Below are positions 35,699 through 45,300 of a stretch of 64,000 bases of DNA, in pieces. Within the stretch, counting starts at the first letter, position 1. Each line of letters begins with the position of its first letter. The notes under the pieces were generated by a model that had not been told where the DNA came from, ran no database searches, and was given only the letters and a program-made list of their open reading frames with translations. A program made the translations under genes and the position numbers. Origin of the DNA: Guillardia theta CCMP2712 (lineage: Eukaryota; Protista; Cryptophyta); the NCBI RefSeq assembly GCF_000315625.1, contig NW_005434669.1:124001-188000 (forward strand). Reading direction: 5' to 3'.

Positions 35699-38611
35699 TC
35701 AGCTCGCCCAATCCTCCTGTCGAGAACGTGAGGGTGCGCGAGGGCAGCATGCCCGTGTACCTGAGATGAACTTCGACGTGTCGCCCGAGCCTGCCAATGA
35801 ATCCGCTGGAGCCCAGCTATGTTCGACAATCTCTTCCCAGGTGGCGTTGAGAAAGCAGCCGGCGGTGTCGGGGTGCGACTGGTCCGAGGTGCTTGTCGTG
35901 ATGGCACAGGCAGGGAGCTTCGAGTCCAACCCGACGGAAGAGGGCCACGAAGAGAACACGCATTCGAGAGGGTTGGACGACAAGGTGAAATACTTGAGAG
36001 GGGGAAGGCTTGCAAAAGCATCTGAGGGGATGAATGTCAACCTGTTGTTAGAAAGCCTGAGGGATTGCAAGCTTGACAGGCCGTCGAACGACCCCCGCTC
36101 TAGACTCGACAGTTGATTATAATCAAGGTCTATACTTCCCAAGCTTGTTAAGCCTTGGAACGCTCCCGCCGGAAGCGAGCTCAGCTGGTTGCTGGAAAGA
36201 ATCAAAGTGTACAAGGTTGACAGGCCGTCGAACGACCCCCGCTCTAGACTCGACAGCTGGTTGGAGTCAAGCCTGAGCTCGTACAAGCTTGCCAAGCCTT
36301 GGAACGCCCCCGCCGGAAGCGAGCTCAGCTGGTTGTAGGAAAGAACCAAAGTGTGCAAGCTTGACAGGCCGTCGAACGACCCCCGCTCTAGACCCGACAG
36401 CTGGTTGTAATACAGCCACAGCTCGTACAAGCTTGCCAAGCCTTGGAACGCCCCCGCCGGAAGCGAGCTCAGCTGATGCTTGGCAAGATCAAGGGTTTAC
36501 AAGCTTGACAGGCCGTCGAACGACCCCCGCTCTAGACTCGACAGCTGGTTGGAGTAAAGGTACAGGGAATTCAAGCCTGTCAGGTTCTGGAACGCCCCGG
36601 CCGGAAGCGAGCTCAGCAAGTTGCTGGATAGATCCAGGTGATATATGCTGGGCATGCCGTCGAACGACCCCCGCTCTAGACCCGACAGCTGGTTGTAACC
36701 AAGGTACAGCTCGTACAAGCTTGCCAAGCCTTGAAACGCCCCCGCCGGAAGCGAGCTCAGCTGGTTGTAGGAAAGAAACAAAGAGTACAAGCTTGACAGG
36801 CCGTCGAACGACCCCCGCTCTAGACTCGACAGCTGGTTGTAACCAAGGTACAGGGTTTGCAAGCTTGCCAAGCCTTGGAACGCTCCCGCCGGAAGCGAGC
36901 TCAGCTGTTGGGATGTAAGGCCAAGGAACTGCAAGCTTGACAGGCCGTCGAACGACCCCCGCTCTAGACTCGACAGCTGATTGGGGTGAAGGTACAGGTA
37001 TTGCAAGTTTGCCAAGCCTTGGAACGCCCCCGCCGGAAGCGAGCTCAGCTGGTTGTCGGAAAGAATCAAAGTGTGCAAGCTTGACAGGCCGTCGAACGAC
37101 CCCAGCTCTAGACTCGACAGCTGGTTGTAATACAGCAACAGCTCGTACAAGCTTGCCAAGCCTTGGAACGCCCCCGCCGGAAGCGAGCTCAGCTGATGCT
37201 TGGCAAGATCAAGGATGTACAAGCTTGACAGGCCGTCGAACGACCCCCGCTCTAGACTCGACAGCTGGTTGTTATACAGCCACAGCTCGTACAAGCTTGC
37301 CAAGCCTTGGAACGCCCCCGCCGGAAGCGAGCTCAGCTGGTTTTTGTAGAGATAAAGGGTGTGCAAGCCTGTCAGGCCGTCGAACGACCCCCGCTCTAGA
37401 CTCGACAGCTGGTTGTTATCCAACTTCAGTTGGTATAAGCCTGACAGGTTCTGGAACGCCCCCGCCGGAAGCGAGCTCAGCTGGTTGTAGGATAGATCCA
37501 AAGTGTGCAAGCTTGACAGGCCGTCGAACGACCCCCGCTCTAGACTCGATGTCATGCCTCGGCGAAGGCTTAGATATGACAATCTTGTCAGGTTCTGGAA
37601 CGCCCCCGCCGGAAGCAAGCTCAGCTGGTTGTAGGAAAGAAACAAAGTGTACAAGCTTGACAGGCCGTCGAACGACCCCCGCTCTAGAATCGACAGCTGG
37701 TTGGAGTCAAGCCTGAGCTCGTACAAGCTTGCCAAGCCTTGGAACGCCCCCGCCGGAAGCGAGCTCAGCAAGTTGCTGGATAGCTCCAAAGTGTGCAAGC
37801 TTGAAAGGCCGTCGAACGACCCCCGCTCTAGACTCGACAGCTGGTTGTTATACAGCCACAGCTCGTACAAGCTTGCCAAGCCTTGGAACGCCCCCGCCGG
37901 AAGCGAGCTCAGCTGGTTGTAGGAAAGATCCAAAGTGTGCAAGCTTGACAGGCCGTCGAACGACCCCCGCTCTAGACCCGACAGCTGGTTGTAACACAGC
38001 CACAGCTCGTACAAGCTTGCCAAGCCTTGGAACGCCCCCGCCGGAAGCAAGCTCAGCTGGTTGTAGGAAAGAACCAAAGTGTACAAGCCTGACAGGCCGT
38101 CGAACGACCCCCGCTCTAGACCCGACAGCTGGTTGTAGTCAAGCCTGAGCTCGTACAAGCTTGCCAAGCCTTGAAACGCCCCCGCCGGAAGCGAGCTCAG
38201 CTGGTTGTCGGAAAGAACCAAAGTGTGCAAGCTTGACAGGCCGTCGAACGACCCCCGCTCTAGACTCGACAGCTGGTTGTAATCCAACTTCAATTGGTAT
38301 AAGCCTGTCAGGTTCTGGAACGCCCCCGCCGGAAGCGAGCTCAGCTGGTTGTGGGATAGATCCAAAGTGTACAAGCTTGACAGGCCGTTGAAAGTTCCTT
38401 GGGATATGTTGCTGATCCCTCGATAGGTCAGCCGCAGTGTCTGACACGTCGCTTGCTCGCAGTTGCCCGCCCTTGACAGCAATCCTTCATCGGAGATACT
38501 GAAGGTACACGACCCGCACGAGACCTGCTGCTCAGTGCGTGTTCCCGTGGAGGGTGATAAGAGAGAGAGGCTCGCCTCATCAAGCGGGGTATAGAGAAGA
38601 AAAGGCAGCAC
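35699..38611 (-). pseudogene. Typical-class LRR protein (32 alternating 24-aa LRRs plus Cys caps), one in-frame stop, no ATG start or signal peptide
   Basis: ORFs 36497-38611 and 35699-36439 are in the same frame, separated by TAA at 36497-36499 (TAC in the sister unit near 37218). LRRNT-like C..C....C...C and LRRCT NPLEC caps. The ORF-track start is GTG. Confidence 0.88.
38549..38593. repeat. 45-bp direct repeat, copy 2
   Basis: Matches 35206-35250. Confidence 0.93.
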
Positions 38612-39427
38612 TCAGCGTCTAGCCAAACTTGTCGGAACACGGAACAAGTTGAAACTTGAAATCTAACAAGGGGGTTCAAAGGGAGGTAGGGTACACTGAC
38701 AATACTTGACAGGATCGGATGGTCGGTACCGGTGTGATCGCTAGTCATATCATGCCAGCCGGGGGGTTAGGGTCAAGCAAGGTGACAGGCTCCAAACATA
38801 TAGGGTCAGTGGTGGGTAAGTTGGTAGGGTGAGGGCCGGGGGGGCCCGGGGCGGCGGCGAGGCCCGAGGTGGATGTGGGGGGGGGTACTCCAGCCGCTGT
38901 AGCTTTGACCCGGGCCTATAGTCAAATATGGTCAAACATACTAGTCAAACCGTGACCATCAACTTGGTGACCGCTGGCCGTGACTGTCGGTCACTTTGGT
39001 CACTACGGTACGGCAGCGGTAAACAGGCTGAAAAAAAAAATACTCGGGGCATTTAAAAAAAAAATTCCATAACTTTAACCGGCGCAATGCCGGGGCAACC
39101 GCCGGCGCCGGCAAAGTGTTTTGAATAATTCTACCTAGTCTCTTAATTATGGTCAGTGTGAGGGGTCACGTATAGATAATTCTTGGGTATTGAAGGGGTG
39201 GTGGGTACCCTATCAATTTTAATCGTTCCATTAGATGAATTTATCCGGCAACATCACCCCTTAATATTCCTGGCTATTATCCGAAAAGATTGGGGTGGGT
39301 ACATGTTCAATCAGGGGCGCCGGCCTTTTTGAGAAACACTACTATAATCAGCAATATTACTGGGGGGGACCCCACCCTCCTCCGGGATACCCTGACAAGC
39401 CGCCAGCCGCATCGCATCCTTCCTGGC

Positions 39428-41543
39428 ATGTCATCGTCGAGCCATGTTTGCTTGTTTGGAACAGAATGCAAGATACCTCCGGCAGAATTAGGAGATAGTA
39501 CTCTCATCCAGTGCACGGCTTGCTCGAAATACTTTCATCACCTTTGCGCTAACCAAATCAATGGTTGTGAAGATTGGAGTTGGTGTGGATGCGAACTGCC
39601 ACTCGCGTCTGGAAGAGAGAAGGAGCTTGAAGAAAGACACAATGCAGATGCTGGTGCTGTTCCAGCAGTTCCTATCGGAGAGAGTCCAGCACTCTCCGAT
39701 GCTGGGAGTGATAGATCTGATTCTGCAAGTTTGAACGAGGCCCCTGCAAGCAGTCAAAATTGGAGGAAGGTAATTGCGGATGTAAAGAACAGGATTTTAT
39801 CCCAAGGTTCCAAGACCAGGTTGGTGATAACGACAAGCTATTTCCTGGTATTTTGAAATGGTTCATTCAATGGGGATCAGTCTCACATATGCACAGGTAC
39901 GAATCAGTATGATAGATTTCTGATGTCTTTCCACCGAACTATGTCGGTACCAGCACAAGGCGACGGTGAAGAGTCGGAGGCAGCCAGGAGCTCAACGGAT
40001 TTGTTATCGTGCCGGAGGAGAGTGTGTATAGAAATGGAAAGGCTGGGGATCAAAGCTGATGAGATAGGAACACATTCTGTAAGGAAGGTGAATAAGCCAA
40101 GTTTGTGGTGAATAGTGACTCGAGCTTACTTCCGGTATAGGGCGCTGCCACCTTCTGTGCAAGTGGAAGTACCCAATGCCCACCTGTAGTGGCACTTACA
40201 GGAAGAGCTGGGTGGGCAAATGGAGGGGTTTATGATCGATACTTCAAGTTCGAGGCAGCAGGTAGAATTTTGCTAAGTTAGTGACATTTGAAATGAGTTA
40301 TATGCTCGCAGGGGATGCTTTTGTTGGAAGGACAGCGGCAGGATTGCGCATCGATTCTGAAGAATTTGCTATCCTTCCACCTCACTTTGGTCCTCAGCAA
40401 GACAGTTATGTCAGCGACGCAGTTCAATCGTGCTTCCCACACATCAGGCAGGAATTTCGAGGTGTAGCAGAACATGCTCTCGCGAGCTTGGTTTATCATT
40501 GGGACTATTTGAAGACTCGATTAGACGAGCATCACCTGATGTGGAGCTGTGCATTGGTTCGAACAGAAGGGATGCTGGATGAATTGAAGCGTCGAGTGAA
40601 GTGTGGGTTGCCTGGTGACCCGGGCATCGAAATGAGAAGTACTGGTTGCCCCCCTCATGTCATGCAGAACTTGCATTACAAGATGATTGCACAGGAGGTC
40701 AGACGACTCAAGGAGGAAATAAGCAAAATGAAGAAACGCCTCAGGAAGATTGACGGAAATGTTCGTGCTACCAAACGTCGCCGTCAAACTCACAGCGATA
40801 TAGAAGAGGAAAGTGAGTTGCAAGGAATTGACAGTGGCGACAGTGACAGTGGCAGTGGCAGTGGCAGTGGCAGCGACAGTGACAGTGGCAGTGGCAGTGG
40901 CAGTGGCAGTGGCAGTGGCAGTGAGCGAGCTGCCGCGATGATGGGGGACGATGTTCGCCATCGCCAGATAATGAAGGCCTTCGATAGGATGGATAAAAAG
41001 ATCGACAACATGATGGGGCGGGGTATGACAAATAATTTTACCAGATCTCCTGAGCATCAACAGGCAAATGAAGATACGATGACGGGGCGGGATGGCTCCG
41101 CAAGTGAGGATGAACATTCTGCACATGACATGGGAATTTCAACTTGGAAAGATGCAAACGTGTCAGGTTTCAACGGCACCAAACATTTTGGAACGTGGGA
41201 GAACGCATGGATTGCATGGCATTTTGGTGACACTGTGAAGAAACATCCTGCTTTGAAGGAATTGAGCAGAGCGCATATGGAAACCAAAGAAGAAGGAAGG
41301 AGATTTAGCGACTTGACCGTTCTTGTCGAAATTTTTGAAAGGTTCGTGAGGAGGGAAATCATGGAATCAGAGAACAGAGATGCAGAACTTGAACGGTGGA
41401 GAAGTTTTGTAGCAAGGCCAACACTGGCTGAAGCTCAACATTGGTTCAAAACATATGACAAAGGCTTTTTCAAATTGGTGAGTTCTAAGTCGAAGGCACG
41501 TACGAGGAGACAAGGACAATTGAAATGGACAACTTATGTTTGA
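39428..41543 (+). CDS. PHD-like finger + partial Crypton tyrosine recombinase + GCR1_C-like domain
   Basis: With introns 39848-39896, 40088-40140 and 40262-40311: KLFPGTNQYDRF..LGIKADEIGTHSVRKGAATFCASGSTQCPP..RAGW..YDRYFKFEAAGDAFVGRTAAGL..FAILPPHF (HxxR, W and Y catalytic positions). C-terminal TWENAWIAWHFGD..PALKEL. N-terminal C..C..CTAC..FHHLC..CGC. Confidence 0.82.
40831..40922. repeat. (AGTGGC)n coding repeat giving a Ser-Gly linker
   Basis: Visible hexamer run in frame. Confidence 0.9.
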
Positions 41544-41981
41544 AAAATGCGACAATGGAAGAAAAGTGATGTCAATGCATTTTTAAATCGTTGATCATCC
41601 ATGTAATAAAGAAAAAGATTCATAGCACTGCAATATAATCTTGTTGAAGAAGATGAGAGTTGAAGGATGCAGCAAGACTCTCAAACGAAATTGTTCAAGT
41701 GTTTTTCACTCCGAGGCGGACTTGTGAGGTTGAAAGGTCATCGAACCCCCCTTCGCCCCCGGGGGTGGTCCAATTATGTGGTGAACAATAAAAATGACAG
41801 AAAACCTTCAGAGTTTAAAGAAAGTATATAGTGTGCCGGCCAAAGTCTTGGAAAGAAAAACAACTGAGGGTCGGAACCAGGCCCCCGGTGACCGGCCGCC
41901 GCGGGAGGCGTGCCGCGCTCGCGGCGCGGATCGGACGCGGCCGGGGGCCCCCCGGGACCGAGTCCGGGCCCGAAGATGCCC

Positions 41982-42263
41982 GATTGTCCTCGTACTGATT
42001 TTTGACTAACTTTGAGTAAAGGCGGCCCGGCGGTCCGCGCCGGATTCAACTACTAGTGTCCGGACTCCGGACGTGTTTTAAATTTCAAAAGGACTGGTCC
42101 ACATCCGAATTTAGGCCCGCCCAGCCTGTTGTCGTACACTCGTGGTTTACTCAAAGTTAAGTTAAAAATCAGTACGAGGACAATCAGGAGAGTCGAGGAG
42201 GCTTGACCCTGACACTGTCGCACAGGCCACTGAACCGTTGAACGGCGAGAAGAAAAAGGACAC
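41982..42263. repeat. Two inverted copies of the dispersed repeat (41982-42020 forward, 42146-42263 reverse)
   Basis: gattgtcctcgtactgatttttgactaactttgagtaaa ... tttactcaaagttaagttaaaaatcagtacgaggacaatc. Confidence 0.9.
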
Positions 42264-42365
42264 TCCAGAGGACACTAGTCGGACTGACTCGGACCTTTAA
42301 AACCTGTGGTCGGTATGAGGGGCCAGTGAGTCAAACATCAATGCCTGGGCCGGCTGTGCCATCCA

Positions 42366-45300
42366 TGACCGATGGCGGCGACCGGAGCTGGGACGGCTGC
42401 AAGATGGCGAGGTTTAGCAAGTTGCGACAGACCTGGACAATGAAGAATTGTGTAAGAAGCAGCTCGAAGTAGCCTGGCTTGACGGGAAAAGCAGCAGGTC
42501 CGTCGGAGTAGACGCAGGTTCTTACTATAATTCATGGGTGCAGCCCAGTCCATCGCGCACGTGCGCAATCGAGAGGCTCGGATACGAGAGTTGGAGTCGA
42601 CGGTGCAGGAGCTGGAGCTCCAGCGAGAAGAGTACAGGAAGCTGAAGATCGTAGCCGATGCAGAGAAGAAGAATCTTGCAAGGCAAGGACTTCTTGTGCG
42701 GGAGAATGCTGCGAGAGATCGAGAGTCCAAGGCCATCGCAGGTGAGCAAGTCTTCAGAGTGGCGTTCTCTTGTCCCTCATAGCAGACTCTGACGTGTTTG
42801 CTCAGAGGGTCAAAGTCAGGTAGATCGATCGTTCATGGAAGCGCAGTATGCTCGTTCTAGGGCTTCAGAACAACGAGCACTGGCAGAGCTTGCAGACCTG
42901 AAGTCAAGATATGACATCCTCCTGCTGGAACATCAAGCCCTTGATATGAGGCGGCAGGCTGAGCATGATCAAGCTGTTTCAAACATGCGACAAGCGGCAA
43001 ACACAAGGCTGTTCTCCGTGCTTTCTCTCCTTGAGAATTTTAACAAGTCTCTGGATGTCTTATATGAAGAGATCATGCAACTTCGACAAGACCGAACAGA
43101 CTTTGCAAAAAAGTGCGTGAATCTGTGCGAGAAGATGAATTTCAAGCAGGTGAAGGTGGACTCGACACTGGAGTTCTTTGAATGTGAGAATGCGTTGGAG
43201 GAGGAGAAAAAGCGAGATCGAAGCATCTTGTCTATGCAGGCCATCGAGTTTCTGCTCTCAGACGACACGATAGCAAAGCCATTGCAAGCTTACCTCAAAG
43301 CCTCGGAAGACGCCAAAACACAACTGCTCCAATCATGCTCAAACCTCCCGGATGGGGCTGGTGAGCTTGTCCCGGAGTCGTCTGGACTGCAGGACGACAA
43401 GACGAGGGAGAAGATCGAGTTCGTAGACGCGAAGTTGAAGCTGAACCGAAGGTTCGAAGACTTGCAGACTGACACTGATCGCATCGCGTTGGAGAAGTCG
43501 GTGGTGACGGAGCTGTCGATGAGTCTGGGGATCAGCCAGGAAAGGTTCGAGGTTGAAAGATTCAGCAGAGGCAGCATCATTATCCACTTCTCTATCCTCC
43601 CGCAGAAAAAGGAAGACGCTCCCTTCGGCAGGCCTCTCGAGCGGAGGTCAAGCCAGCTGGAACGGAAGTCCAGCATGTTGGAGAGGAGGTCGAGTCAGCT
43701 CGAGCGCAGGACGAGCATGCTGGTAAAGGAAGAGCTCGACTCCGGTTTCATTGCGATGATCCTCAAGGACATGGTAAACGACCCTTCCTCAAGGCTGCGA
43801 AGAGGTCTTGTCCTCTCCTCCTGCACCGAGTTCTCCTGGATGGCTGCCCCTGAGATCCCGGCGAGGGAGGCGAAGCGAGAGATCAAACGGCTGGAGGTGG
43901 AGATCGAGGAGGTAAGCAAGTACCTGCGGGCGATCAAACAGCAAAAGGAGGATCAGGCAGAGGTCCTGCGACGAGCCGTGCACGCGAGCATCGAGATCCA
44001 GCGGGTCTACCGGGGGATGCAGGGGAGGGTGAAGGTCCGAAGGATTCACATGGCGATAGAGGCAGCGGACACGTTGCAGAGGGTGTGGCGGGGACACGTG
44101 GCAAGGGTGCAGTTCATGAAGATGAAGGAAGCGATGGACATGAAGAACGAGAGGGAGAGAGAAGCTCTGCTGCGAGAAGCCGCTTCCCTTGAGAAGATGC
44201 AGGCTGTAGCGCTCAGAGAGCTGGCGGAGGCAAAGCAGAGGTACAACGAGAGGAGGAACATCAAGTATGGCTACAGCTCGTCGGTGGCAGAGACATCGAT
44301 GAAACCAAAGAAGAGGACCAGGGTCAGCATGGAGGAGAAGACGAGATGGTGGGAGGCGTACCAGAATGAAAAACTTCGGGACGCGCAAGAGATCTTATCG
44401 CAGGACATGAAGAACAACGATCATTCTATGTGCTTCGTCCCAGAGGAAGGGTTCAGCCTCAACTACCACGTCCGCCCCCTGATCTTCACCACCTACCAGG
44501 ACTTCCGGGAGGAAAGGATGCTTCTTCTCAACGAGAGCTTCCCTTCCTTGCACCAGATGTGCTGCGACAGAGGCGTCGCCTTCTGCCCCGTTGACCCTTT
44601 CCTCCAGATCTATGACCAGACTACTCAGGGGAGGGGGCCGCAGGCATGGCAGTGGGTCGGCTTCGGAGAGGAGGCGATGCTTGACGACGAGCTAGTGCAG
44701 AGCAAGAGCATGCTGATGTGCTCGATGGAGGACGTGAAGGAGACAAACGTCTGGCTCTTCTTCGTAGGAGGGCGGTACGGGTGGGTCCCTCCTGCTCCCC
44801 TCCTCCGTCAGGCGAAGCAGAAAATCGAGTGGGCAAGAGAGTTCTACGAGGAGTCGGGGATGGAGAACTCTTCGCTGGGAGAAGTGATGTATACGGCGAT
44901 CGTTGTGAACAGGATGGACGAGATTAGCACGAAGCTCAAGGGCAGGACCTTCTTCTTCCTCCGTGACGACACGTACGGCGATGCGTTCGCGCAGGAGATG
45001 GCGAAACGATTCGTCGAGGACGATCAGCAGGTTGTCAAGCAGCTCGAGAAGTTCAAGGAGAGTATCAGGATCCTGCCCAAGGGCATCTTGACGTTTGACA
45101 ACTACAGGGACCCGATCTTTGCGGTGCGGCAGGCGACAGAATGGCTGCAGAAAAGCATCAAGTTGACCTTCCCCGTGCTCGCCAACAACTACGAGAGTCA
45201 TCGTGACCGGCTCTGCCACAGCAGCCTCGCCCTGAGCAAGCGCTCTCCCTTCATCCAGCAGGAGGAGCTCTTCGACGTCCTTGACGCCCACATCGACCCG

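Larger units (their letters stand above)
38740..41770 (+). mobile_element. Crypton-type (tyrosine-recombinase) DNA transposon derivative; boundaries approximate
   Basis: Contains the spliced YR C-terminal motifs and GCR1_C-like domain (next feature). Composition differs from host genes, and GGTCAAA/AGTCAAA motifs repeat at 38920-39000. Termini were not identified. Confidence 0.7.

Noticed and set aside
36073-38391. Plus-strand ORFs with TGRRTTPALDSTAG repeats
   Set aside because: Antisense shadows of the LRR array.
35990-38440. Conserved-repeat/variable-spacer pattern read as a CRISPR array
   Set aside because: The period is 72/144 bp in one reading frame encoding LRRs, and the variable parts are codons.
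38560-38585. Hammerhead ribozyme core in the 45-bp repeat (CTTGATGAG)
   Set aside because: Not CTGATGA, and no GAAA after the stem. The ctgatgag at ~18837 also lacks the rest of the fold.
38740-41770. Polinton-like virus or DIRS retroelement as source of the tyrosine recombinase
   Set aside because: No capsid, packaging ATPase, polymerase or RT nearby. The introns and the GCR1_C-like domain fit Crypton.
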